Assembly: GCA_002633005.1 (NCBI GenBank)
Contig: NMRA01000537.1
Location: 62,001 to 126,000, forward strand
DNA: 64,000 nt
Reading direction: 5' to 3'
Source of the DNA: Phoronis australis
Taxonomy: Eukaryota > Animalia > Phoronida
The notes below the pieces were generated by a model, which worked only from the letters and a program-made list of their open reading frames with translations, searched no databases and was not told the DNA's origin. Made by a program: the position numbers and the translations under genes. Shown in pieces: positions 1 through 14,200 of this stretch. The number at the start of each line of letters is the position of its first letter. The first letter of the stretch is position 1.

Positions 1-344
1 CTGTCCGAAAGTCGTCGTCATCCGTAGTCAACATCATATAAATACACTTGTTAAATTAAGTAAAGATCCTGCGAACGGTTTAGGAGATACAGCCATAGGC
101 GCAAAAAACAAAACAGCCACTAGAAGGAGCCACAGTAGTCGAAATCATCGGAAAATCATCATCAACCGTCCTTTTTATAGTAAGCACAAACATGCCACTT
201 TCACAATCATCCGTTGAGCGGTTTGGTTGATAGAGGGGTGGACGCAAAAAACAGACTCGAAAACAGTAAAAATGGCCACTAAGTGGCACAAACTACGTCG
301 AATCCATTCGAAAACGGGAGGATAGCGTTATCTCACTAATAGTT

Positions 345-635
345 GCCTACATACCAAATTTCATGAAAATCCGTTAAGGACTTTTGAAGATAGAGAGATA
401 AACCTAAAAAATTAAAATTGCCACCAGGGAGCACACCGGTAGTTGGATCCGTTCGAAAGTTCGCTCACGCCGTCCCATCTACATGTAGGAAAGGAACACA
501 TGTGCAAAATTTCATGAACATACCTCAATCGGTTTTGGTGATCGAGCAGCGGACGCCGGACGGACGCCGCCCGGACGGACGGACGGAGATGACGGCATAA
601 TGCGTCCACAAATAAATATGTGGGCGCATAAAAAC
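345..635. mobile_element. Helentron/DINE-like non-autonomous repeat with (GGAC)n microsatellite
   Basis: caaatttcatgaa modules, (CGGA)n and terminal AAATATGTGGGCGCATAAAA; related copy at about 55565-55712. Confidence 0.55.
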
Positions 636-639
636 GAAA

Positions 640-840
640 TGATAACTTAGAAAACTAACAGAAGTTTAGAGATTTCAACCTGTACGTTTATGTCAAACAC
701 AATTTGGTCATGATACAGTTGTTTTACTATGCGTGTATTTCTTTTTCGCTGAATTTTACCAAAACGTGACCCGGTTCAAGGAAGTTTGACATGAATTCAG
801 AAATTATTTTCTGTCGGTTTTGTACTTTCTGAAAGTAAAT
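640..840. repeat. Dispersed repeat; inverted copy at about 55745-55945
   Basis: For example TTTTGTACTTTCTGAA vs TTCAGAAAGTACAAAA, and AATTTGGTCATGA vs TCATGACCAAATT. Confidence 0.65.
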
Positions 841-3199
841 AATTTCCCTGTGTTGAGAGACGGAGCATCGAACGCCATAGGATTCTAAAATCGTCGATTT
901 TCATTCTCAGTGATGCCATTTGTTCTTTGTGCTTTTGATCCTCAACTGTTTGCGCTTCAAGTCCTGCATTTTATAAACTTAGTGAAAACCGATGATAGAG
1001 AACATTAACGAGTCAGTATTCGGGTCGTACTTTGCACTGAAAACGCATCGTTTTCCAACATTTCATGCAGAGTAGGGCCTGAGAATAACTTACAGTTTCA
1101 GGTGAAACAGCCTTCTCCATCAGAGGCATAATTTGCGAGAGCCAGGATAAGAAATAGGTACATCGTTGTCGGGGAAGTGTTGATAGACATTGGTACCATT
1201 GGTCTTGACGCATTCTTCATAGTTCTCTGTGGCTGCAATTTATGAGAAATATTTAAATTGCCGATTAAAATAATGAGTCACAGGAGTTCAATCCCACATT
1301 TAGTCGTATGCTTGATTCCTCTAAGTGTGTACATAGATTCATCAAGGTCCCGGCCGTCGCGAAGGTGGGTAACGATTTCTTAGGGACAAATAAACGTTCA
1401 CGGCAGCAATAGAAACGAACCGATATACCTGGTCCTTTTTGGTCGTGTGTATTGACGGGGGCGGATACCTGGTCCACCAAAATCCCCCAATGAATAAAAA
1501 TGTTGGCGAACAATGTCATTCTCCAATGTATATGCAGCATGCGAAGTTGGATTTATCTATAAAATGTATTAGGCCAATATCTAGTGTCTAATTAATGTGG
1601 CCGAGTGCCCGGCATAGCTGTAAGCCACCTGTTTGAATGAACTCATGCAAACTGTATCATGCCAACAATTGTTTCCGATCAGATCACCTGTAATAAACAA
1701 AATGATTAAAAAACTATTCTTAGTTTTTCGTCTTCCGATGACTTTTTAGTTGTGACAATGCACGTGCACTCCGGAAGTACAGTCAAGGCGGTGCATTTAG
1801 AACATAGACGACAACAAAATGCAATCCTGGCCTTATGTACCAGCCACGCGACTAAAACCATTGGTTCGGGTGAAACTTTTCGTCTGAAAAAAATGCAACC
1901 TTGATAAAATATAGGCGTGTCTGGCGAGGGTAAATCATCACTGAATTTGTCTGGCAGTGTTTATTCATGATACATTCTTTTTTCTATGTTGAATAAATCA
2001 GTTTCCGGCATACGCAGTTACCCCGACCTAGCTCTAGTGTTGATCTAGCTCAGTTTTTGCCCTCAACCGGCGCGAGGCCTGGTTGACGTTCCACACCACT
2101 GAAATTGCCTAGCAGTGGGTAATTTGGATACAGTGAAATGACTAGTAGGTGTCTAAGGTGTTTTCATTCAGTTCGATTACCAAACTGAAAGTTGACGGGC
2201 TAAGCAGCTTCCCCTGACGGGTGGCACACCCTGGCTGAGACCGAACCTGCCAGTGGTCATTTCCTAGCATTGGGTAAGCCTACCCATTAATCACTGTGGT
2301 ATGGGTAAGAAAATTGATTACCTTTTTATGCCGGCAAAAAACCACTGGGATCCCGGTTTACATTGAATATGCCACCCGAGTCACCGCGACGTACGACGAA
2401 AGCCCATGAAATTCGATCGCTTCCCCGAGCGAAGGCCTCCCTCGCTATTTGCCAAAATCCTCTCTAAGACATTACACGCACCCCCGCACAATTTGCATAC
2501 ACTGCACTGTCATCTTATTACCATGCCAAACTGCATACAAAGTGTTCCCGCATCCAGTCTTATCATACCGCGGGCTTGAGACGGGACGCGGCAATGAGAT
2601 AAATACATGTACGTAGCTCATTGGGATGCGGTTGTACATACGCGACACCAATCGGAATAGTCACAGACTATGAATTGTTTCCCCTGCATCTCCAAGTGAT
2701 GCTAACGAGAGCGAGGCTAGACTAGTGTAATCCAAAAATGTGATGTTTTGAACGATTCTGCGTGGGATTGTCACATTATAAGGTACGCATTTAGATCGCT
2801 GTATTCAGTTTTAATTCCGCATTTCACATGTTGAATGCTGTACAGTTAATTTGTGTGGTTTGGCTTTCGGGATTTACCATCGAATTGGGTGGGAAGTTGG
2901 CTTACGACGGTACTGTCGGAATGTCCTGGATCGGCGTCCAAAATTGAAATGAATGAGTCGGTCCAGACCAGCACCACTCACTCATCAGTTAGCAGTAGGA
3001 ATTTCAGCATCGAAAGAGAGAGAGAGTCGGTTTTGTCACTGGCAAAGTGAAACAATGGTGAACCATACATGACATAAGGTCCGTTTGTTGGCTGCACAAT
3101 CTCAGTTCCATGGCATGGCCATGGGTGAGCTGCTGAACTGCCAGCCCAGAGACAGAGAAAGAGATTCACTGAGTAGGCCAGCGTAGTGTATTACTAATG

Positions 3200-4787
3200 T
3201 AGGCAATTACATCGCCCTGGATGCCGCAGGCATACAGGGGCGATAGTATATCCCCATAAAAAGTTACGCATTTCAAAATACAGCAAATAAAATCGAATGA
3301 TCGAAGCATGCAAAAATGTAGGCAATGACCATCGCGAGTCTGTTGGCCCGAAGCAGAGGCGATGTAGAGGCTATAGGCGCTCTGTACGCCGGAAGCTTTT
3401 CGGCGAATTATGCCTCGCACCGACTAAACCATCAAAGTCACGTTGTTACAAATACCTTTTGCGCATAGAGGAACACCTTAGGAGGTTGTCGATGTGCTTA
3501 ATTCCTTCCAACTCGAACAAATACTCCCGTTATGAAACTTTTTCTTCGAGCAGTCCCTATTTCAGTTCCCAAAATCGTGAACTCTCCATTTTTATACTGC
3601 GCACACTCCAATTCATGACCTCAATCTTTAAATAGGCCAAAGGTGAGCCATTGCGGTCTCGTCAGTCAAATGTTCGTTTCCAAAATGCCGGCACCACTTA
3701 TACTTGTCTTTAATTGGCGTTACTTGAAACTGATTGTATTTCAATGAATCATTGTTTGTATTTGATAAAAACAAATGCTGTTGATATGACATTTAATAGT
3801 CTTTTTGCACATATTTGACATTTTAATGTTTAACAACACGGCAAATGCACGGCTGGTTCCCGGCAGCACGTACGCGAAGGGCGGGAACTTCAGCTTTCAA
3901 AGTTCGCCGGTAGGTCCGCAACTTCTGACCTTCGGCCTGGTTAAAAAAATGAAAAAGTTGAGTTCACGATTTTGGGAACTGAAATAGGGACTGCTCGAAG
4001 AAAAAGTTTCATAACGGGAGTATTTGTTCGAGTTGGAAGGAATTAAACACATCGACAACCTCCTAAGGTGTTCCTCTATGCGCAAAAGGTATTTGTAACA
4101 ACGTGACTTTGATGGTTTAGTCGGTGCGAGGCATAATTCGCCGAAAAGCTTCCGGCGTACAGAGCGCCTATAGCCTCTACATCGCCTCTGCTTCGGGCCA
4201 ACAGAGGCGATGGTCATTGCCTAGCAAAAATGCACACGTGGAGTTTTAATTAACACATACCTGGAATGACACTGAATACAATATAGTCAACATAACTTGA
4301 ACACATCCATGAAAATCTGTTGCAGTTCGCTTGAGTTTCTCTAACCAGGTGCCATTTTGAGGAAGTTGCGAGAAATCATGCTTGGGAATGAACAAAAGGT
4401 CCAAGGGACACATAAAAGCTCACAAATTCCACCTGATATCTTCCCATGCTATTTTGCAAATGTCACGCGCCAGGTCTCGCACTAGCCTTAGCCTAACTCA
4501 CGTGACTCAGTTGAAATATTTTGTGGTTATCGCGTGCTCTTTGAAAAAGTTAACGAAGATACTAGTATGTATAGAAGTAGAAACGACCAATGAAGAAAGT
4601 AAGCGCTTTTTTAAATGATAGTTTTAAGTGTGGAATGTATTTTTGACGAGGTGAAAACTCAAAATCGGTGGCCGGATTTGGCCTACCGCCTGTTTAAAAT
4701 ACTAGTACGTGGAACGAAATGCGTACAGAAACCGATGAGAAGTATTGTAGCCCCTAACCGGCCAATCGAGGGGCTACGTGTTGCCTA
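3200..4787. mobile_element. Non-autonomous DNA transposon with TAGGCAA...TTGCCTA ends (Mutator-like), host of a nested insertion
   Basis: Flanks TTACTAATG (3191-99) and CTACTAATG (4788-96) form a 9-bp TSD with one mismatch; a second copy without the nested insert lies at 49395-50105. Confidence 0.75.
3319..4223. mobile_element. Foldback/MULE-like MITE with about 265-bp near-identical TIRs
   Basis: 3319-3584 is the reverse complement of 3960-4223 (hence mirror ORFs 3297+ and 3897-); perfect 9-bp TSD GCAAAAATG at 3310-18 and 4224-32. Confidence 0.9.
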
Positions 4788-5019
4788 CTACTAATGATGC
4801 ATAGACTCGGTGCAATATTAACTTAAAGTAAAAGTTTGGGTTGGTGTGGATATAGATAAATTGCTTCTGGCTATTACACAAACTTGAAGACTTACACTCT
4901 CATTTGAGTAATGGTTTAACTTTAACCAGCATAAAACTAACCTAAAAATTGTCGTAAGTCCGTAATTCCAAATTGAATTTGTGAGAGCGGTGTAGAAAAA
5001 TCCACTCGGTGAAAGCGAG

Positions 5020-5250
5020 TATTGAATCCGGGCTGCCGCCAAGAGTGTTGACCATCCAAACTCTTGGCCGGTGGCAACCAGTGGAGTAAATGGGTCCCCC
5101 TTCAAAATGGCTACCTGGAACCAGTTTCACTGAGTAACGTGCATTGCTGTTATTCAGTGAAAACTAGATCTCGGCCATTTACTCCACTTTTATCCATTGG
5201 CCAACGATTTGGAGTGACTCCACTCTTGGTCGCACCGGGATGCAATAACA
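5020..5250. repeat. Diverged about 230-nt inverted repeat (old foldback MITE)
   Basis: Arms CCAAGAGTG/CACTCTTGG, AGTGGAGTAAATGG/CCATTTACTCCACT and TTTCACTGAGTAAC/GTTATTCAGTGAAA around a centre near 5143. Confidence 0.65.
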
Positions 5251-6840
5251 TGCATCAACGCCATCTGTTAGACAAAGTTTATTCCGACTCTTCAAATCCT
5301 CTGCTCTTTTGTCACAAGTTTATATACACGGTTCACAACAACTTACAATAAGTTGTACCCTCTGCGTCACTGCAGCGCCATGAACGTATGATGGAATGTG
5401 GTTATATGACGATGACTGACGCGTGGAATTCTGTATGTGTGCACCAGTGCACATGTCTTGATTTGGACATTTGCGGTGCACATATGGGTCAGAAATCAAC
5501 TTGTAAAGCATATAGTGAATCATTATGTTGTTGTTTTTTATGGATGCCTTGAACTCCTGCATGTGCTAAAAAACACAAACTTGTGTGGAATACATCGATT
5601 TAAGTCCTGTGGTTCCATCATCCGAAACTTACCAAGGTATCGCTCAACAACTGAAGCAGTACTCCTATTTCTCAATAGTTGGAGCAGCATTGCTATGCTG
5701 ATGCATTTCTCAATATCAACCAATCAGAATGTTTGACTGTTGTGCGTAACAAGCTTCACTTGGCAGGGGCTAGAAGAAAACTTCCTTCAATTTAACTCAA
5801 CCGGTTTAGGAGAGTAGTCAGCCAGCCAGCACTGTATGACTGAACATCACAACACAGTTAAGTCAGTTTGGGTAAATTTTTTTTTTCAATTCGCCTCACA
5901 TCTTCTTGTAGTCTTTTTTATCCTGAGACTTTCATCAACCTCGCCTGATGGTGCATAATTTTTTCTGTAATTCTGACATACCTTATCCCTTACGTCCATT
6001 TAAAAGGAAGGCGGTCTGATGCCTGCCCTTTACTTGCGGGGCCCCCGCATACCTGAGGGGAAAGGTGTCTGCACATTTTGATCCATGGGTAATTTCTTAA
6101 CCATTGGAAAATCTCCCCTGGTCATCAAACCCTCCTCCCCCCAGACACCACCAATTCCACATCTCCTGTTTTCGTGCTGGCAATCAAAGCTCGGGAAAAG
6201 TGCAAATTTTGAGATCTGTTTTGCCAATTTACTTGCATGGCTCCAAACTTGTATATTTGTGTTTATCCAGCTTTGTACCAAGACTTAGTTTTATGCGGTA
6301 CTTGGGCTATTGATTTATTTCAGGCGTAAGCCAAGTACTAGTAGTCAGCTAGTGAATGTGGGACTTGTTCTGTGAAGCCCCTTACCTCAACATCAGTTGA
6401 ATTAGATTGTAGTACATCTGACCTCAATACTCAAAATGCTTTTTAGTGCTTTCTGGCCTGAGCTCTTATTATTGTTCGTTGTATTTTTCATAATAAACAT
6501 AAAAATACAATGCTCTTTGGCAACACCTAGCTTATCTGTTTCAGAGCTCCATTAAAAAATCGAAATAATCATCATTCATTTCCTCCTTTTGCAACAAGTA
6601 TTGAATTTTACTGATTTCAAGACAATGCTCGCAAATATTTGTCATTTTGTTAATTTTTCGCTTTAATTATGAAACACCTGGGAGACAGCATAGTCTGATT
6701 TTGTCTTTGCAAAATTTGGTTTAATTAAATTGTCTTTTTGTTAACAATTCTGTGAAAAATCGTACAAAGTACAAATTATTTGTTAATTGAAGAATCATTT
6801 AAAAAATCAAACTATGGTTACCAAGTGCAGCCCATTGACA

Positions 6841-6880
6841 TCCTTGAAGATCCTTGAAGATCCTTGAAGATCCTTAAAGA
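6841..6880. repeat. 10-bp minisatellite (TCCTTGAAGA) x4
   Basis: Directly visible; fourth unit has one mismatch. Confidence 0.9.
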
Positions 6881-8167
6881 CCATTGTTTGGCTCACGTTT
6901 TTGGCTGGAAGCTTATGTTTTCTTTTTTCGTGCAAGCATTCCTAATTCCACGTCATCCAATCACGGACAGAAGGACGTTCGTTGATTGCTTCACCATAAA
7001 AATGCAATTCTGCTAAGTTGATTTATTCCAGAGTTTGCGATTTTGACGTGAAAGCTAATACATCAGATTTCCCTTCATACTCAGCCAGCCACAGTCCTTA
7101 GTTTGTTTACTCATGGAAGAATGCACTTTTTATTGACCTATTTTCCCAGTTTTTTTTTCACTTATTCTTTTCTTAGAATAATCCTTCACTTTATATACAA
7201 CGCTAGGTCAACTGGGACTTTTGAGCCTGTCGGTTAGAGTCGGTTTGTGTACGGTCTTACTCTAAATATTCACATTAACTGTATTCATTCTGTGTAGAAC
7301 ATCCCCTCCCTTTGACAGTCTGCTTTTTTGGCCTCAATGTGTACTGGTAGGCAACTCCTGTGTAATATTAGAGATCTGACAGCTGAAAACAGTCATTTAT
7401 CATTACATTTGAATGGGTGGCTGTAGAGCATTATAGAGCAAATTAATTGTTCTCTCACAAGCCTCTGGTGGGATCATGTGGCAGAAATTGAATGTATGGA
7501 GTTTCCATAATGCTCTTGGTACAAAACTGCAAATTGTGTTCTATTATACAGCCGAGTTTCACACCCAGATGCTTATCATGTTTTGTTATTGAAACTGAAA
7601 ATATTTTCCATTGTGCGCTTTTCTTTGAACGCATGAATTGTAATTTAATCAATTCTATCGAGGATTATTCAGATGGTTAACTCAGAGTTTACAAAGTAAT
7701 AATTTGTGAATTGATGGAGCAAGCATTTTCTCTACACTGTAGTACTTACCAACATCTAGTCAGCAATTAATAATTAAATTCTAATACAGGTCTAGAAATG
7801 AACATCTTTATGGATCATGGTAATTAACATAAACACGCATAATTCACTTCTGTCACCTCTGTAGCAGTAAATGTTTCTGATTAATAAACACAACTGGCTA
7901 ATAAAGTAAGGTACCGCCACCTATTTTGTGTCCTAGGTACTAGAACACATGGTGGTATTCCTTCCTCTGACCAACACATGCCTAACATCTTGGGAAATTA
8001 GTTCTCATTCCTCTTTGAAAACCAAGTTCCTCTATTCAGACTTCAGTGAATTAATCATCGTTTATGGCATGGCTGGTATGATCTGACAGCGAGATTGACA
8101 ATAAATGAAACCATCCATCTTTGTTCCAGGCCCAATGACGAGGCTTGGGGCAACACACAAATAGACG

Positions 8168-8240
8168 ATGTCGTTTTCCGACAGTGATCTAGACCTTGAT
8201 GATGACGGGGTGCTTCGAGACCATCCCAAGGGCATTGTGG
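8168..8240 (+). CDS. AKNA: AKNA-like first coding exon (MSFSDSDLDLDDDGVLRDHPKGIV); exon starts at 8130 with 5' UTR
   Basis: Acceptor ttgttccAG ends 8129; in-frame TAG at 8162 precedes the ATG; strong donor GTAAGT at 8241; phase 1 matches the acceptor at 15815. Confidence 0.7.
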
Positions 8241-11200
8241 GTAAGTAATGAAGAAATGCAGTTTTTGAATCGGATGCGATTCCTATTGCATCCCATTGAG
8301 TCGGTCCGGTGTGTTAGCCATTTGTCTGTTGCTGTAGTCAACTGTTGTTGATTGGAAAGAGAGCTCAGTGTTATAATTGTATGTAGGTTTTGGTGATTTT
8401 TCATCAGTTTATTGAAATTAGGTTCAGGTTTGGAAAACATTGAGGTGTATTGGCTGAGCAATACAGGTCCTACTTGCGAGTTGTTATGGCATTGTGGGAA
8501 AATAAATATGGTCGCCTCCAGGTTTGTAGTCTCTCGGTTCATTCCATTTAATCCTGCAATCATAGGTAGGAAGATAGGTCATAAAGAATGTGATTTTTGT
8601 AAATAGGCTGTCATCACTTTTGTATGAACTAAACAGTTTTTGCGCTACTGTGCAAACACTGGATAACAAGGCCAGTAAATGTGTACTTAAGATAAAACTG
8701 TGGGTACTTTTACACTTCACGGAACATCAGTCGCTACACCCTTCCTACACATTTTTTAACAGTGGCAATTTGACGGCATGATGATGGTTACAAAGAATTC
8801 ACAGGCAGAAGAAACGCTGGGAAATCACTTTCCCATACAAGAAAACAACTACTCTATCTCCATCTAGTGGCAAATGATATTTCATTATGTCGACATTGTT
8901 AGAAAGTGACTTGCGAACAGATCAGATGAATTCTAGGATTTTACAAAATGATCAGTCTGGGGGGAACTTATCAGGAAAAAGAATGACTTTTTATGAGTGT
9001 CCCGTGACCCTGTACCACAAAGATTGACCATTTTCAGTCTTTCTTTGACAATAGGTGTCGGTAGCCATCAGCAGTTAACACATGACTGCTTTGTTAGATT
9101 TCCTGTGAAACCCTTGGGAACAAGTGTTAGTTGAATGTATCAAACAGAAGGACATTGCTTTGATTCTGTTAAGTTTTGCTGTTTTGTTGTGCGACTTTAT
9201 TTTCTAGGAAGACGTTGCTTATTACTCACATGTTTAAACTTGGAAGTTGTATTGATTGCCTAGGTACCTTTTTGTGGTGATCAGTAGGGCCACATTTGTT
9301 AAAATCAAAGGGCATTAAAAAGTGTTCATTTTGTAAACTACTTGATTTACTGCTCTTGATCGCCTATCATAAAAAAGATTTTCCGGCTGATCACTTCTAA
9401 ATTCGTTGCCTCATAATACATTTTGTCGACATACATGGAAGTACACCATAAAATCTTGTCTATCCCGTGTGCTGTCGGACTTTCGATCTAGAAGTCATCC
9501 TCTTCCCAAATCACTCTGGCGCCATCTACGATTATGTGGAATTTACCCACAATGCTGTTCTTGTGTAAGAACCAGCTGATCTCGCAACTGCAATTGCTGC
9601 TTCACATCGCAACTGGTTCACCATTCATCTTTCCCATGTTAAAGCTTCATATTACTGCACATTGCCTGCATTGAGTGGCAACGCTTCTGTCGTATGACTA
9701 CGAAGAGTGCTTAGAATGCCCCGCCTTTCAAAAACAGTGTATTTTTGTACCTCCACAAACAAAAGAGGGGTGTTGAATTTTGTTACTCATCATTTGGCAA
9801 ATCAAGGCATTCCTGACTGACTAGTCTATGTTTACCTACCTTTATGTAGCTTTAAAAAGCATGAACTCTTAGACTGAAATTGATAAGTGCAGGCATTTTT
9901 TTTAGTCGTTTAGCGCAGGTGTCAAAAGTAGGCAGGATAAAGACCAGAGCCAGCTTTGCTGTTATGGCTTAGAACATGTTTCAAAAAGTAAAGGGAGTGC
10001 TCCCAGATATAAGTAGGGTTCGCAGTGCGACATGGTCGTAAAGTCACTCAGGGTTAGCTGATGTTTGTTACAAAATACCATGCTTGATTATGCGTGCCCA
10101 TAAGTGTCTCTCATGTCTCTGTACTCAGTTCTCCCCATTGGATATCTCTTACTCTTCCAGGATTATCTTTATTAAATGTTCATCAGGTCAGGTTGTTAAT
10201 TCTATTGATTTTTCCCCTCAAACACAATCGAACCGTTCAAGTTAGCCATGTGGAAAATCAGAACCTGACAATGTTTGTAAATTAATAATGACTCTCCATC
10301 TGCTGTTAATGTACTACAGCTAGACTCTTATAGTGACTGCAAGGAAGGGATTTCAAGTTTGTGAGTGGCTGTTAAGGTTTGAGGGTGTTACACTATTGGC
10401 TTCCTGGTAGGCATCGGGTAATTCTTCACTTATTCAGCACACAATATGGGGACAAGTGAAATTCCTATTTTGTTTATTTTCTCCACAAAGACAAAGTTTA
10501 ATGGCAGTTTAGGCTATCACAAACATGATTTGCAGGTCCTAAATGTCAGAAATTAACATTTGCTCAAGTGTTCGTTTGAGATTTGATAAAAGGGTAGTCG
10601 GTCATCGAAACACGGAAAATGGCCATTTTGACAATTGTTTTTGTGGAAAATATGTGAAAAGTTACGGCGTCTTTAAAGTAGACCAATGTCAAGTGGAAGC
10701 CTAGTTTTACTGGTATTTGTGATGAAATTTAGTTAGCATTTAGTCTCGAATAGTTTATGGATATGGTAAAAAAATCTGCAATTTTGGGCAAAAAGAATTG
10801 ATAAAATTTTTCTATTTTTCAGAGCCTAATACTGCGTTCTTGTGAATGCTCAAATTTTACCAAACGCTCTTTGGCAATAGCTTTGCCATACGAACCATGC
10901 TAAAAGCGAAGTTAATGTCCTGAAAAGTTATTTATGTTGAGAACATATGACAAAGTCAAATTTCAACTGCTGTCATTTGTCTTAAACTCAATTATTTTTA
11001 CCATAACATCATGATCATTGAGATGGTGCAAAGCCAGGTTTTATTTTTTTGAGATTCACCGTTTTCACTGTATAATCAAACTAAAAATTTAAGAATTGAA
11101 ATTTCATCATTAATAAGTAAGAATTTATGGTTTAGTCAAATAATTACATGAAATCAAAATACTTGCTAAAACTGGCACACTGTTGCACAATATCTGGTTC

Positions 11201-14200
11201 ACCGTGCTGTGGGCGTGCAACTTGAGGGCTGCCAGGGTGGTCAGGTTCGGCTTGTTGTTGGATTGCTGTTTGCTTCCCAGTTTGTGCCCCCTGCAGGTTG
11301 CATAATGTTTTTATAGATATATTTAAACTATAGAAATATGCTGACAGCATTGTGTCCAGTTATAAAAAGGTTTGTTTCAGTTCCAAACTATAGAAAACAG
11401 TTAACTTAATGCCAGGGGTAGAATTCCTGTCTAGCCAAAGGTTGAGGAGCTCTTTTATCAGTGGAAACAGAGAAGGGTAATTTAATTACAGTGTTCTCTC
11501 TTTAAACCACTCATCTCATCAATTATGGCTGGGGATGGTCATTTATCACATAGACTGTATCAAATGCCCCTTTGTTAGACTGAGCTTACTTTATAGAGAC
11601 TGGAATATGAGCCATCAATCTTGTCACTGAGGCCCTGCTGTCATATGGTCATTCATGGGTGTTATTGTGGCTGCTAGCTTGGGGTTTTAAATGTGAGTTC
11701 ATTTGAGCAAGGGAAAACGTGACATCTGCTGTTATTGAGAAATTGGGACTGTGTAATTTTCTCCAGCTTTCAATTAAGAAGAACTCAACGAAGAAAAGTC
11801 TGTAAAATTGCATTCTCGTGTGGGAGTGAGGTTTTCTGTGTGCTTTTTGCCACCCAGCCATTATTGGGAAATTGGGACTGTCGTGGTCTTCCACGAAAAG
11901 AATTGTCTGATTGTTTCATTCACGTTGTGATTGCTGTGTTTAGCTCTGTTCCTTTGGCTCATCTTCCTAGCAGTAGTTTGTGCAATATATTTGCAACCTG
12001 TGGTTATTTCATGGTGGTGTGAATCTGTAATTTCTTTCTCAAATGTTGACTGTCTGCCGTGTTATATGAGAGGGTGTTCATTTGAGAGGATAGATCACCA
12101 AGTTCACCCCAGTCAGATTCTGGTTTTGTCAGGCGTGAAATCTCTGAAATCTCCTACAAGGAAAAACGCTAATTGTTTTTCATCAATAGCCATCCCATGT
12201 TCTGGAATGAAATCTGTGACCTCATTTTACAATACTGTACGTGTCAATGGGTTACTGTGCCAGTTGCCATGTGTTCACCCCAGTGTGGACTCTACTGTGA
12301 AATACTTTTGGCCTCTAGCGCCAGCAGTTATTTAATGTTTCACGCTATTGGGGAAATTGCATCCCATGCGGGTAGTTGTTGAACATTTGATAGATGAGGG
12401 ATCTAAGGTGGAAACGTGAAGAGTCACGACTGCAGTGTTGAGGTGGATGGTGTTGCTGACTAATGGGGATCCAGTGCTTTTGGATGTTTTACTTTTAACT
12501 CGCATTTGTTGTTTATGTGTGGTATGGGGGATTTGCTGCAACATGACGCTGTTTTAAAGGAGACCTGAGTCGTATGTGTGTGTTGAGACTACTGGATTGA
12601 TTTGTTTAATGTCAAAGTTATAACTTCCCTTGGTATGAATGTTTGAATAATTGCACACAGGGTGTTTGCTAGTCAGTAACACTTAATTACTGGTCGTTCC
12701 TGTGTCAGTCTTATAGAGGTGTGGTATGGGAGATTTGCTGGAACATGCCACTTTTAGCTGTTTTAAAGGAGACCTGAGTTGTGTGTGTGTGTTGAGACTA
12801 CTGAATATTGATTTGTTTGGTATGAATGTTTGAATAATTTGGCACACACCGTGTTTGCTAGTCGGTAACACTTAATTACTGGTCATTTCCATGTCAGACT
12901 TATAGAGGTGGGATCATGGTAATAGAGCGATTAAATAGCTGATTTTGTATTGTACAGTGTGCGCTGCATAAGTCCTGTTGTCAAGTCAACGTGCTGTGGA
13001 ATTTTTAGCTTTAGGAAAATGAAATAGACAGTTATATGGCAATCACTTTATTTTTGGGGATAGTCAAATGTTTAGTTATTATACCTACACAAATAACGAA
13101 TTTTATTTTTTAAATTGATGGAGCTTCTTCACAGTAATTACAATGAAAGCTTTCTTGGAATTGTTATTTGTGCATGAATACTAAACAATTTATTAATGAG
13201 CAAATCAGAATTCAACAAAGTTAATTTCATTTTCTGCCATATTGTATCCAAAATCAAAGAATTTGTGTGCCGAAAAATCTCTCAATCATGTGTCGTGTAT
13301 TTTTCTGCCTCTTTTTACTGTGACATAGACAACTCCATGCTTTTTTAACATTTAATGTTACGCATGACATGATTCACTAAGCTTTAAGCTATTTTCGTAA
13401 CAGTCCATCTGCTGGCCTACAGAACTATACCCTATAGAATTTTAGTACATTAGTTATGACAGCATTGTCTAGGTTAATGCAGTGTTACACATTCAGTGGC
13501 ATAGATGAGTGTAACTTATAAAGCTGCAATTGTTCCTTGGCTGTGAGAAGTGACCCTCTTCAGCTCCACATGAGCTGTCTGGTGATGCACTGCCAGATAA
13601 CTGGACTCTCTGTCTGCTATTCATTACCCTTGTGCAGTTAGGTACACCTGGCTGGGGTTTGAACCTAGTGTTTGCTACAGAGTGAATTTCACAGGTGGTT
13701 TCAGATGTGTAGACTGCTTCAAGATTGCTCAGTACTGAAGTGTTTGGCTTCTGCGTTGACATGGTGACATCATTTTTGTTACGCCTGGAATGGAGTCAAA
13801 AGCTTTTTTGCGGTCTCATTTCTTTGGAGGTCAATTTGAAGCTCAGCTGTTTGTTGTAGCTTTTGGTGATGGATGTCTGCAAGGGGTTAAACAAGAAAAT
13901 CTTGCATAAGGTTCCTTTTCCAAATAATCGGCAGGGATGCTAACTGGACTTATATGCTGGTTTACTTTGGCTCCTAACGGAATCGAACAGTGTGTTAATT
14001 GCCTCCTCGACTTGCAACTAAAGGATCCTAATACGTGATAGCTTATGTGGACAATATTTTGGGTTGGTGCCGAAGCTTGTCCCTGTTTATGCATTGGTGC
14101 GTCTAATTTTTGGATTTTCTGGATCGTGATACTGGACCCATTGCATCATGGGAGCTCACTCGACCAATCTTCGCTCAGACTGCGAGTATTATGAAGAAAT

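Noticed and set aside
1013-1690. Coding-looking minus-strand stretch after a plausible acceptor near 1689
   Set aside because: Frames examined are broken by stops and I recognise no family; may be an old transposon remnant.
2853-3075. Possible first exon or short ORF of the AKNA-like gene
   Set aside because: No clear donor that builds a coding frame into exon 8130; a non-coding first exon is possible but cannot be placed.
3297-4217. Two ORFs (3297+ and 3897-) with nearly identical translations
   Set aside because: They are the two arms of a MITE inverted repeat; no recognisable protein features.
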